Below are positions 1 through 11,640 of a stretch of 64,000 nt of DNA, piece after piece. Position 1 is the stretch's first letter, and each line of letters begins with the position of its first letter. This DNA comes from Gracilinanus agilis (lineage: Eukaryota). The DNA lies in NCBI RefSeq assembly GCF_016433145.1, contig NC_058130.1, positions 39,031,581-39,095,580 of the forward strand. Reading direction: 5' to 3'. A program made the position numbers and the translations under genes. The notes under the pieces are model-generated. The model had not been told where the DNA came from. It did no database searches and worked only from the letters and a program-made list of their open reading frames with translations.

Positions 1-92
1 TTCCTTCCTTCCTTTTCCTTCCTTCCTTCCTTCCTTCCTTCCTTCCTTCCTTCCTTCCTTCCTTCCTTCCTTCCTTCCTTCCTTCCTTCCTT
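1..92. repeat. (TTCC)n microsatellite, runs off window start
   Basis: Near-perfect TTCC tandem array seen directly. Confidence 0.98.
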
Positions 93-939
93 TCGACAGT
101 TAATGGTAACCTGCCTTTCTATTTTTATCAGGGAAAATTTTAATACTCTGCAAAATAATAATTAGGTATAGATATGTGTTTGCAGTTTTTGAAACACATA
201 AACACGACACTACTTCTTTTACTTATTCCTTACTTTCTGTGATTAGGTTAACTGGGTTTTGGGGAGGGGACAGAGCCAAGTCCTCCCTACCCCCCTCTAA
301 ACTTGTAATCACCTCTTCCAGAGCCACTTCCCCAAGTCATGCTGCCATTTGTAGGTAGGGTCTCTGGAGGGTTGCTGACTGTTTTCCTCAGGGTTCTAGG
401 AAGAGCGCTGAGAATTACATGTCTGACACCATGGCTCCTGTGCTTCCAGTGGTATGTTCTCTATTGTCAAACAGTCAGTTGATATTAAACTTTTTCAAGA
501 AGGGGTATTTACTGAGAAGATTCAGGAACTATAGTTACAAAAAACATCCTCCCTCCCCCAAACTGAGGTGTACTCTTTCCTTTTACATATAAACTCTTTG
601 AGGTAAAATGATAGTGGGGCACACATGTAGGGAGCATTGGTACTTTATGCTCCTCATAGGAAAAACTCATCTCTTTTAAATTCACTACCCTGGTGTTAAC
701 TTTAGCCTTGATTGATTCCTTCTCTCCCCCTCTGTCTGGAAGCCTGGAGGGGAGAGTAACAAAGTCCTCCCAATGCCTTCCTTTATAGAGGGCAGAAACT
801 GGACTTAGCTCATTCCACTTTGCATCTGCTGCCCCGCTGGTTTCAATTCCAAGGAACAAGATAGCCCATGGTGTCCTGTCCTTCCATTTGGGGTCCATGA
901 TGAAAAGAAATGAGGAATAAAAAGAGAAATTGGAGACTG

Positions 940-1300
940 TATAGTTAGTTGATGAGAATTCTTAAATCAACTACTATGTGCTCTGCTAAATGCTGGAGAC
1001 AAAGAGAATGGCAAAAATAAAAAGGCCAAACAAACAAAGAAATAAGACAAACCCAGTCCCTGCTCTCCAGGAGCTCACAGTTTAATGGGGAAAACAATAA
1101 GCAACTACCTACATATAAAATATATACAAGAGAACACAAGGACCAACATTAAAGGGGATTGGGAAAAGCCTGTGAAGGTGAAATTTTAGCTGGAACTTGA
1201 AGGAAGCTAAGAAGTCTGGAAAACAGAGATGAGGAGAGAGAAAATGACAAACACTCAGACAGGAGTGGGAAAGCCACACAGATTTATCCAAAAAGAGCAG
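940..1300 (-). mobile_element. L2 LINE 3' fragment
   Basis: Reverse L2 tail motifs: ctactatgtgc...tgctggagac...ccagtccctgctctccaggagctcacagtttaatgggg. Confidence 0.7.
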
Positions 1301-1374
1301 CAAAGGTGGTAGAGAGTTCAGGAGCTCAGGGACAATGTTGCATGTTAGATACATCCCCCATAGATTTTTTAGCT

Positions 1375-1680
1375 CAGATATACCTGAATTTGAATCTTGG
1401 TTCAGATACTTGCTGGCTATGAGACCTTTGACAACTCACTTTACCTGCCTCAGTCTTAGTTTCCTCACCTGTAAAATGAGATAATAATAGCACTTACTGC
1501 ACAAGATTGCTATTGTTGTGAGGAAGATTAGATTAGGTATTGATTATTATTATTATTAATACCTAATCAATACCTAATCTAATCTTCCTCATAACACTAT
1601 AAGTATCAAATGAGGCAATATATGTAAAGTGATCTGCAAACTTTAAAGCTTCATGCCAATGTTAGCTTTTATTATTAGTT
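1375..1680 (+). mobile_element. MIR-type CORE-SINE containing a 32-bp inverted duplication
   Basis: tttgaatcttggttcagatac...cagtttcctcacctgtaaaatgagataataatag core; tail ttattattag. Confidence 0.8.
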
Positions 1681-2809
1681 TTTAAATAAGAAGAAAGGGG
1701 AATTTAGAAAAAAAGAAAGAGGAATTTTGTCATAAGCAGGGTGGGAGAGGAGGAGAAGGGAAGAGCAGATTTAGAGATGAGAAACAGTGATTGAGAATTG
1801 GCTTCTATTGAACCTGAGATAGGACTTTAATTTATTATGTCCTAACTCCTCCAGTGATTGGTAGGAAATCATCCAGTCCCTCGAAATTTTACTAAGTTGT
1901 CATTCATGTGTTATATGAGCTGAAACTCCAACTGCTACATAACCACAATGAAAGAGAGGGCGATTTCCATGATCTGTTGCCTCTTTGGGGGTATTGATTT
2001 TGTGTGGGCAAGTGGTGATTCATGGGTCTTTCGTCTTGGTGCCAGATTGTCAGGCACACTGTATGAATGGCACCAGCTCAATGGGAGCCCGGTGAGTTAT
2101 CCCATGGGCTTTGCAAATGATGGTTCAGGGTCTGGAGCAACATAGGGGGGTGGGGTAGCTGATAGTGAAAGAGACCCAGACCATAATTTGAAAATAAAGT
2201 GAAGGGGAAATAGTGGAACCCCCCTCAGGATGCCACAAAGGCAGAAGGTACTTGTAAACCTGTCAGGATGTTCCAGAAATATAATGGAAACATTCAGACC
2301 ACAGTTACACTTGCCCTCCCATCCAGCTGTATCACCATGGAGGTAGGGGGAGCAAAGCAAGCATTTTTATAGCCTCTGTTTTCATGTTTTATTGACGGCT
2401 TTCCAAGTCATTTCCCACTTCTTTTCCCTCTGAAAATGTTGCCAAAGGCACTGCTGCCCAGAAAAGAGAACTAAGATACCAAACATAGTGTTTATGAAGA
2501 CAATACACAGAGTGGGAGTTGGGGAGATGTGTCTAATTATGAGCATCAGTAAGTACTATGAGACAGAGGCTATTTTACTGTCCATGAGTCTCAGCTCAGG
2601 ATTTGGGATGGAAACCAAAATTTTCTGGACAATCAGTGCAGATGTGTGCGTATTGGACTCATCTGGTGGTGGTTGGTGTACAGAAGTATCCTGCTGCCCT
2701 AGAGAAAGGATTTCAGGCCCTTGGGTCTATCTTGTTTAAAACTGTGTACAGGTATGTGAATGCATGGTTTGGACCTCTGTTGGACTAGGACACTTGAGGG
2801 CAGAACCTT

Positions 2810-3055
2810 CTGGTATTGTATAAAAAGTATCAGCTGTTGTTAGAAGAGATCTGGACCCAGATCCCCCTTCTGAGATTTATTAGCTGTGTGACCATGGACA
2901 AGTCATTTAATCTCTTTCAGCCTGTTTCCTCATCAGCAAAATAAGGATAATAATGGTAAATATCTCACAGTATTATTGTAAGGGTCCAATGTGACACTTA
3001 CAAAGTACTTTGCAAAACTTCAATGCTATTTAAATGTCAAATATTGTTATTATTT
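2810..3055 (+). mobile_element. MIR
   Basis: tagctgtgtgaccatggacaagtcatttaatctc...gtttcctcatcagcaaaat...tgctatttaaatg. Confidence 0.8.
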
Positions 3056-4104
3056 ACCTCTAGTAACAATAATATTGGTCATTAATAATTCTTGATAAGA
3101 CTATAACTTGTAGAGAAGGTCATAGTCTTTATTGGGAGAGTTCCTTATATGTCTAATTAAAAATATTATTCTTATTTGCATTTCCATTGTATTTTTGTTC
3201 TGCTTTGATAATAGACATCTTAATCCTTCAACTTTCAGCAAACAATTGGGCAATTCATTTCCTTTTTTTTAATGGAGTTATTACCCCTATGGGAATGTGG
3301 GTGTTGCCCATGTAAGTTATGTGTATATTCATATGAGTTTATTCAAATGAAGTTCAAGGAGAGACTTTGATAGTTATCTTGGGAATATTAATTACTTCTT
3401 GGTAAGAGAGACTTTGTTTCTTGCCTGTAAGGAAGCAGAAAAAGGGGGATGGAAGGTTTGCCATTTTGCCTGGATGTACTGGCCTTGAATTATATCTATC
3501 TGTTCCCCTAAATATTGCTAGGCTAGGGAAAGTGATTTCACTCTTTTTAGGTTCAAGTCACTTTCTTCGTAACTGTCCCTTGAAGAGGAAAAGGTGTCTG
3601 GAGCTTAAATTTGAAGGCTTTATCCATTTCTATCAAATGCTAGTTACACAAAAGAACACAACAAATAGTGAATAATGAGGAGACCCATTTATCAAAGCAG
3701 TACCAAACAGAAAGCAGAGAAGTTGTATAGATTAGATTATACTATACAACATACAATACACAGAGTAAATGTGCCCTTCATTTGGTACAAATTATCTCAG
3801 CCTAACCAAGAGAGAATTTCTAAAGAGAAGCCCCCAAATCTCAGTGTACCAAGCTGGAAATCAGGGACATGTTGAAGTGCCAACTTCTTTACATCACCTT
3901 CTCAAGTCTGTTCTTTTTGTCTCTGGGTTTCTCCAGAAAACAAGATCTAGAACTGCATGTGTCCTCTTAAGCAGGAGTGAAAAAGAAAGTCTTTCCTCTC
4001 CAAAACTCTTGCCAACTTCTCCCCTCAAACAGGGATGCAAAGTTGAGTCATCATTCTCCTCATCATTGAGGAGGATCTTACACAAATATGCCAAATTTGG
4101 ACCT

Positions 4105-4560
4105 AGGACTATAATTCTATTTAAAAAGAAATTTATTGATGCCTTTGCTTTTATATTACAGTAATTCCCAGATATATCTTCTTCCATTAGACTACCTCCA
4201 CTCTTGTAATAGAGAAAAAAGTTGGGAACACATTTGATAATGTATGCCACATTTCACATTCATAAGTTCCACTTCTCTACTGGGAGAAGGGAACTGTATG
4301 TCATAATTTATTCTTTGGGTCTGAGGTTGATCATTACAATTAGGCAGCATCTTCCTGTCAGTGATGTTTTTGTTTATACTATTGTAGTCATTGTTTATAT
4401 TGTTCTGATTTTCTTCTTTTACTTTGCATTAGTTTGTACAAGTTGTTTCATGCTTCCTCATGTTTCTCATATTTGTTGTTTTTTATAGTGCAATGACATT
4501 CTGTTATATTCATATGGCCACCCACTCTGTTTCTAGGTTTTTGCTGCCACAAAAGTGAAT
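4105..4560 (-). mobile_element. old L1 3' UTR fragment
   Basis: Typical reverse marsupial L1 3' end (tttattgatgcctttg...tatattgttctg...ctaggtttttgctgccacaaaa). Confidence 0.65.
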
Positions 4561-4859
4561 GTTTTGTAGTAAAATTTTGTTTAAAAAAATGAATTTTTTT
4601 TGTGCATATGGGGCCATTTTAAAATATCTTTCCCCCCCTTCCCTTTCCCCCTTTTTTGATTTTCTTGTGCCTCTCTACAAGGACCCGGCTACCTGTTCAC
4701 CAACTTCCTTTAGTATCTGGAGCATTCACCCTAGAATATCTTTCCTTCATGCAAGCCCTCTCCTCCCATTGGTGATCCTCCCATTTTGTGGACAAGTCAT
4801 GCTTCATCCCCCTCCTAGCCATGCTTCTGACTGTTCAGGTATTTCCATGATGCTTCAGG

Positions 4860-5035
4860 ACTAGTACCTTCTCCCTCATCCTTTTAACCCACTTTTACCA
4901 GTTGTTTCTCTCCATTAGATTGTAAGCTCCTTGGGGACAGGGAATGCCTTTTTTATTTTTTTTTGGTTGTGTACCCTTAGAACTTGGCACAATATCTAGT
5001 ATGTCTTAACCACTTAATAAATGTATTTATCTGCC
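4860..5035 (+). mobile_element. L2 3' end
   Basis: tctccattagattgtaagctccttggggacaggg...cacttaataaatg. Confidence 0.75.
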
Positions 5036-5039
5036 TTTC

Positions 5040-5320
5040 ATCTCCTTGGGGTATCTGCCCAGGAATAGGATATTTGGGTCAAACAATGCAAAAGGATGAA
5101 TGACTTTTCTCACATAATTCCAAATTATTTTTCAGATTGGTTGGTCTGATTGACAACTGCACCAACGGTTTATTGGTGGATCTGCCTTTCCCTACTTTGT
5201 TCATCGTTGACTACTTCCACCTCTTTTTATCTTTTCCTATTTGATGGGTGTGAGTTGAAAGAAAGCTGAAAGCTGTTTTAATCTGCTGTTCTCCTATTAC
5301 AAGTAGCTTTTCATGTTTCT
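5040..5320 (-). mobile_element. old L1 fragment, probable continuation of 4105-4560
   Basis: ccttggggtatctgcccag...gggtcaaa...ttccaaatt...caccaacgg reverse L1 ORF2 end motifs. Confidence 0.6.
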
Positions 5321-6175
5321 GGCAGTTTACTTCTGCAGAGGACAGTAGGGTGTGTGTGGTCTCCAATATATCAGTTTACAATGCTGTCTGTCAGTCGATC
5401 GGTTAGGGGCAAACAAAGCCAGGGATCAGAACAAGTGAAGAATTCCAGGTCTAAGTATCTTTGATTGGCTTCTGAATCTTGTGCTCCCTGCACCCCAGAG
5501 GAGCTCATTTCCTGATATAACCTGACAGCCACCAAGAAAATGTCATTTTCTTCCCCTTACTAAAATGATTGTGGGGTTGAGCCCCATTAACAGCCTGACA
5601 TTATAGATTTAAGGCAGGCTGTTTAATGGATCGTGGAGCAGGTTCACTTTCCAGGAGCCCTATCCTCACTGACCCCTTGCCGATTCCATTATAAATGGGC
5701 GCCATGTTTGTTCTCACAGTGGGTGTGCTTGGCAGGGAAAAGCTCCTGGGGCTGCTCAGTGAATCAAATCTCTTGATTAGCAGAATATTCTCTACCCTCT
5801 GCCTCCTCTAAGTAATGTTTGAGGAACTGTGCAGTGAGCTCTACATTGATGAATTATCTGTTATTCCTTGGTTAGGAAGTGGTGGGTGGGGAGAAAAATC
5901 GACAACTCAGTCACTGTTCTTGTTGACAAGGGGAATGAAAAATTCCAAGGGATGGGGTCTTCGCACTCTAAGAATCATATATATCACATGAGCTGAGGCA
6001 ATCCTGAGACAATGCCATGTTCCCAAGTTAAGGCATCCAGTGGTCACCCATGGAGGGCAGAGCTTTTCTGTTAGGACAGCAGGGAGCTCTGCCGTATGTT
6101 TCCAGTGTCTTGTTCATTGTGGCAAGGACAAGAATTAGTTATATGAAATTCGGTGATTTGTTAAATGTTTTAGGA

Positions 6176-6406
6176 AAGGGATCCTTAATCTTTCTTTGTA
6201 TTTTGGAGCATCCTTTGGCAGTCTGGTAAAGCCTATGATTCTTTTCTCCGAATAATGTTTTTAAATATTAAAATAAAATATATAGAATCCTAAAGAAAGC
6301 CAAGTATATTGAGATAAAGATGTATTTGTTCCCATTAAAGTTCACGGACCCTCTGAAATTTGTCCACAGACCTTTTGGAGGTCCGTGGACCCCAGGTTAA
6401 GAAACC
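6176..6406. mobile_element. old hAT-Charlie-type MITE
   Basis: Degenerate TIRs agggatccttaatc / ggttaagaaacc; internal ctttggcagtctggtaaagcctatg also seen in related fragments near 7500-7560 and 8565-8630. Confidence 0.65.
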
Positions 6407-6604
6407 AATTCCCAAGGTTCACTAAGATTTGCTTTCAGAGTCAGTGCTGGGGACTGATTATTTTATAGGTAAAACTGTCTGACAGTGATATCTTATGGGG
6501 ATTTAGGGCCAAGAGGTCAAGACGGACCTAGTTTATACTGAGTTCTACACTTAAAAATCCCTCACTATTTTTGGGACTATTTATTAGGAGACTATAATTA
6601 GAGT

Positions 6605-6780
6605 AAAGGAAAGCTGCCTCTGGAATAAAAGGAATTGGGTTCAAATACCATCTCTGATGCTTCAGTGTTTATATGACCTTAGGCAAGTCACTTAATTGCC
6701 CTTGGCCTCAGTAAAAAAAAATGGGATTTGGACTAGATGACCTCCGCAGATCCTTCAACTCTAGATTTCTATACCTATAA
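6605..6780 (+). mobile_element. MIR3-like SINE
   Basis: gggttcaaat...accttaggcaagtcacttaa...ggactagatgacctc...ccttcaactctag. Confidence 0.7.
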
Positions 6781-6789
6781 CATGAAAGA

Positions 6790-7055
6790 CATGTATGATT
6801 CAGAAAGAAGTTGGGCAGGTCATGTGTCAAAATTGAGGAATAACTAATGGACAGCCCATGAACTCCAATGGTATCTTCACAATGTTGAGTGAATGAAAGG
6901 AAGGCACACATTGGGTAGAATCCTTGAGGAAACTTATGGGAAGATATGGAGGAGAATTGTTCATGAACAAATCTAGCTGGTTTCCAATCTGAATTTTTTG
7001 AGGGAAAACCCACATTGATAAGATAACAGATCTGCTAGAATATTTGAGTATATGA
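6790..7055 (+). mobile_element. RTE-clade LINE 3' end fragment
   Basis: gggcaggtcatgtg...gaataactaatggacagccc...gagggaaaacccacattgataagataacagatc resembles marsupial RTE 3' terminus. Confidence 0.6.
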
Positions 7056-7117
7056 TAGTTAATCGCTATAGAGGACTTTAGGGTTTGCAAAAGACTTATT
7101 ATTAAAATGATTATCAA

Positions 7118-7324
7118 GGGGACCACTGTGTAGCTCAGTGCATTGAGAGCCAGGCCTAGAGATGGGAGGTCCTAGGTTCAAATCTGACCTCAGACTCTTC
7201 CCAGCTTGTGTGACCCTGGGCAAGTCACTTGACCGCCATGACCTACCCTTACCATTCTTCTGCCTAGGAGCCAATACACAGTATTGACTCCAAGACGGAA
7301 GGTGAGGGTTGTTTTTTTTTTTTT
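7118..7324 (+). mobile_element. SINE1_Mdo-type tRNA-derived SINE with 13-bp TSD
   Basis: Full-length match to opossum SINE1; TSD aaatgattatcaa at 7105-7117 and 7325-7337. Confidence 0.95.
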
Positions 7325-7999
7325 AAATGATTATCAAAATGTTATTTCATTTGACCTCAACCACAGTCTGAGGTAGATGCTATTGTTATTCCCATTTTAC
7401 AGTGGAAAAGAGTGAGACCAGGAACAAATGATTTGCCTGTGGCAGGATTCAGACTCAGGTCTTCTCTCCAAATCCAAGGGCTACTATCTTTAAAGTTTTA
7501 AAAACATGGGATTCACCAGACTACCAAAGAAGTTCATGATCTGCCAAAAGGCTAAGAGCCCCTTATATAGAATAATTCTTATGTCACTAAAGTTCAGGTG
7601 ACTAGTTCTTGACTTTCCAAAGTGGAGCAAGAAGCTAGAAACCCATGGTATGCCTTGATCACGCTAACAGAAACCATGCCCAAGAGGAGGTTCTTAGACC
7701 GTTCTGGACTCTCCTGTCTTCTAATGCTTTACCTTCTCCTTTATAACCCTGAATGCCTAAAATAGTACCTTATACATAGTAGGTGCTTAATTGAACTGAA
7801 TTGGAATGGAACAAAGAGGCAGGTTGGCATACTATGTTGAGGGGCAACTTCTAAGTTAGGACCACCTGGGTCCAAGTCTTATCCCTGACATACGGTGGCC
7901 CTGTTGACTGAAGGACAGAGCTGCTTAATTCACACCTTGACTTTGACCCAGAAATCTCTAAATCTCTAAGCCACAGGACAATGACCTCTCTACATCCAG

Positions 8000-8249
8000 T
8001 TTAGTTCTGCCATTTTTCAAGGATGTCCAACTCTTTGTGACCCTATTTGGGGTTTTCTTGGCAAAGATACTAGAGTGGTTTGCCATTTCTTTCTCTAACT
8101 CATTTTACAGATGAGGAAACTGAGGCAAACAGGATGTAAGTGACTTGTGCAGGTTCACACAGCTAGTAAGTATCTAAGGTTAGATTTGAAATAAGAAAGA
8201 GAAATCTTCCTGATTTCAACCCCAGGGATCCATCCATTGTACCACCTGC
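8000..8249 (-). mobile_element. MAR1 SINE
   Basis: tgtccaactctttgtgaccctatttggggttttcttggcaaagatactagagtggtttgccatttc (RTE-like tail) plus CORE. Confidence 0.85.
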
Positions 8250-8799
8250 AAACACCTGGTGGATATTTCCTCACTGGCATCTGTACAATGGAATCACAGA
8301 TCTGGACCAAACTATAGATCTTGCCATTAAATCAGTGTGGTTTGCTATTCCCTAGACTATTCATGTCAGCCTGCAACTTACAAATGGGCCATTTCCAAGA
8401 TTATAATTCCAAGGTTCTTTCCTGCTCTCCTGCCACAAATAATTCATGTAGAAGCTTTGTAGGGTCTGTGACTTTGGATGGAAAAAATTGTATTTTTATT
8501 TTCATGGTTGCTGAAAAGAATAAATTCATAATTTCCTTCAATGATGAATTTAACAAATTATTCTGAGGAGTCCATAGACTTTACCAAGCCTTCAATTGAC
8601 TCCATGATACAAAAAAGATTAAAAACCTCTATATAGAGAGGAAAGTTTTAATTAAACATGGAAACCAGGGAAGTATGATACAAATCATAGAGTGAGCAGC
8701 CATGAATCCCTCCAACATATGCAAGTCTCCAGGATCACTTAGAATCTTTGGTTTTAAGTTTCCTCTGACAGATACCCTTCCTCACTAACCTTAACTTTG

Positions 8800-8960
8800 T
8801 CTGTGCCCATCTAGATTAGGAGCCAGAGAAATTGGGTTCAGATTTTGACTATGCTACCTACTTAATTTTGGGCAAGTCATTATCTCTCTTTGCCTTAATT
8901 TTCTTATCCATAAAATGGGAAGGGGTTTGGATTAATACTAGGTGATCTTTGAATTCTCCT
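8800..8960 (+). mobile_element. MIR/MIR3
   Basis: gggttcagattttgac...gggcaagtcatt...cttatccataaaatggg. Confidence 0.7.
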
Positions 8961-9734
8961 TAAATTCCACACATCTCTTCTTCTTGCTTTGCCTCCTATT
9001 GCTATGCATGGCCAACAAGACCCCAGTTTTTTGGTCGATCAACAACTCTCCATAGAAGCCCCCAGTATTCCAATGCAATCTTTCCAGTGCAAGATAAGGG
9101 AAAAACATCTTTCCTAGGACTCTTTATTCTCTCTTTGGCTGTCCCTGCACTCTTCTCCAAGCTCATGCCTTATTGAGTCTCTCCTTGATGAATACCCCTA
9201 CCTATTAGCATATAAATCTTCTTCTAATACAGAGATTTTACTTTCTTCAGGAACATATACGAGAAAAGACAAGTATCAAAAACTTAGCATACAAATTTAT
9301 CTATTCTTATATGGACTTTAATCTTCTTTTTGGACCAGACTCTGGATTTCATTGATGTAAAGAACTCAGTGAGGAAATGAAGATTCATTTGGATCCATGC
9401 TAATCCTTTTGGTCCCTGACAATTGCCTTGGGCAATGAAGGCTTTCCCAGATTTACATAATCAGTACTTACCAGAGGTGGCACTCAACCCAGATCTTCCT
9501 AACTCTTGAAGCCTACTTTTCTATGTTCTGCCATGATGCTTCCCATTTTTGCATGCCATATTCCAATGACCTATAGCCAAATCTACAAGATAACATAAAG
9601 CCATTTAACCTTTGGCAAGCAATCTAAGTGGTATGATTGGAATTATGCAAAATGGCTCCAAATATTAACTTGTGGGACCCGGATCTCATGGGAAGAATCA
9701 GAGGGCAACAATATTGTAGATCACAATAGATTGC

Positions 9735-9890
9735 AGTGCCCAAAGCACTGGATTAGGAGACAAATCATGGGTGCAAATCGTATTTCCTCTACTTACTTAA
9801 TTTTAAGCAAGTCATTGTCCCTTTCTTGGCCTCAGTTTCCTCATCCATAAGATGAGAGACTTGGATTAGAATTGAATTCTTTTTCCACAC
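9735..9890 (+). mobile_element. MIR/MIR3
   Basis: aagcactggattaggag...gcaagtcatt...ggcctcagtttcctcatccataagatg. Confidence 0.7.
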
Positions 9891-10154
9891 TGTTATTTTG
9901 GCTCCAGATGGCTTCTAGCAGAATTTATAGTGAAGTGAACTTGGGTATTATATAGAGAAAAATTCTAGCCATCAGAACCTCTCCCAAGTAGAAGGGCTCT
10001 CTTTGTAGCTAGAGGTATCCTTCTCTCTTCCTCCACTGGAATTCTTCAAGCATAATATGAGCATTTTGAAAAAAGAATAATTACCTGTTTAGGTATATAT
10101 TGTATTGGAGACCTTTGAGGTACCTTCCATCTCTGAAAGTCTAGAATTCTAAAA

Positions 10155-10385
10155 GCTAGGTGATATAGTATTTAGAATGCTGGACCTGGAGTCAGGGAGA
10201 CCTGAGTTCAAATTTGACCTGAGACTCACTAGCTATGTAACCTTGGGCAAGTCATTCAAATTTTGTTTGCCTCAGTTTCCTCAATTGCAAAATGAAGATA
10301 ATAATAGCCACTACCATTCAGGGTAGTGAGGATCAAGTATCTGTCACACATAGTAGGTGCTATATAAATGCTAGTTATTATTATT
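10155..10385 (+). mobile_element. MIR
   Basis: ggacctggagtcagggagacctgagttcaaat...gcctcagtttcctcaattgcaaaatg...cacatagtaggtgc. Confidence 0.85.
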
Positions 10386-10439
10386 GTTGTTGCTACCAAT
10401 AATAATTTGTCATTTTCTTTGAGAATAGCCTTCAGAGAT

Positions 10440-10680
10440 AGATACTGAATATTTGTGGACAAAAGAAGGCAGAGTTCCTGATCTTGGGAATGAAAGCCAT
10501 GCTGATGGTTTGGGCTCTTTATGATGTGTAGATGGACTTCTCCCCCCAGGGTAGGACTAAGGAAAGAAACCTTCAAATAACACTTGAAAGAATCATTCTT
10601 GGTAGCAGACTTCCATCACTGGATGAAGCTCTTCCTGGAGCAATTGTGCCTAGTGCTGGTGGCTCTACTTTGACTTGTTT
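10440..10680 (-). mobile_element. CR1/L3 3' fragment
   Basis: taggaaagaaaccttcaaataacacttgaa...aattgtgcctagtgctggtggctc resembles reverse CR1 3' region. Confidence 0.5.
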
Positions 10681-11129
10681 TTTCTGATTTCACAATCCTT
10701 GTCACTCTTCTATGACTCTACATCTGCCAACCACCCTACTGTGTGACTCTCTATACTGTATTGCCTCAGTTTCCTTTCCATGACTTAATTACAGCCTGCC
10801 TACTCCAGTGGGGAGCCCTTTCCCAAGTGGCTGCTCTGGTCTCTGCTTCTGATTATTGGGTCTTGACCTGCCTGACTCAGACTGATTGGAGAGCCCTGAG
10901 TGGTTCCAAGTCCACATCCTTCCAAACTTTCCCCATAATTGACTTGAAACCTGGCTTTCCTACCAAGCTCCAGTCTAAGCTCTCTGCCTGACTGAAAGCT
11001 GCACCCTTGGCATTAACTCTGCTATTTAGCCAGTGAAACAGGGCAGTTATGTCCAGTAGTGGTGTACCAGGGGAATATAGCTTCCTTGAATAATTCCCTG
11101 AAGCCAATGCACTCAGGGATAGCAAGATC

Positions 11130-11640
11130 AGTTAATGAGCCTTTATTAAGAGCCCTGGGAATACCACAATAGGAAAAATATTGTCCCTACCCTCAAGGAG
11201 CTCACATTCTAATAGGGGAGATGACTGGCAAATAGCCAGGTACTTGCAACAAATCATTTTAGCCAGTGATTCCCAAAGTGGGTACCACCGCCCTCTGGTG
11301 GGTGCTGTAGCGATCCAAGGAAGCGGTGATGGCCACAGGTGCATTATCTTTCCTATTAATTGCTATTAAAATTAAAAAAAATAATTTCCATGGGCGCTAA
11401 GTAATATTTTTTTCTGGAAAGGGGGTGGTAGGCCAAAAAAGTTTGGGAACCACTGATTTTAGCAATTGAGTGAATGATGTATTGGAGTGGACAAGAGGCA
11501 AAGAGACCAAGACCATTGAAATAATCCAGATGGGAGGCAATAAGGGCTGTGTGACTGGGTCAGGGAGTGTAGTGGCTGTGTGAGTGTACAGAAGGGAACA
11601 TGTATGAGGCATTTGTGAATGTAGAAATGACCTCTCCAAA
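11130..11640 (-). mobile_element. L2 3' fragment interrupted by hAT MITE
   Basis: gcctttattaagagcc...gtccctaccctcaaggagctcacattctaatagggg; continues after the MITE (attgaaataatccagatgggagg). Confidence 0.7.
11264..11455. mobile_element. hAT (Charlie-group) non-autonomous MITE, 192 bp
   Basis: TIRs cagtgattcccaaagt / agtttgggaaccactg (14/16); perfect 8-bp TSD attttagc at 11256-11263 and 11456-11463. Confidence 0.93.

Noticed and set aside
3640-4095. Possible old LTR or exon (131 aa and 118 aa ORFs)
   Set aside because: I could support no TG..CA ends, TSD, family motif or protein similarity.
7118-7200. tRNA-like sequences here and at other SINE heads
   Set aside because: They have A/B-box-like heads but continue into SINE bodies with TSDs, so they are not tRNA genes.
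10740-11125. Possible CR1 ORF1 relic or minus-strand exon
   Set aside because: I could not match a recognisable motif, and splice and frame evidence is weak.
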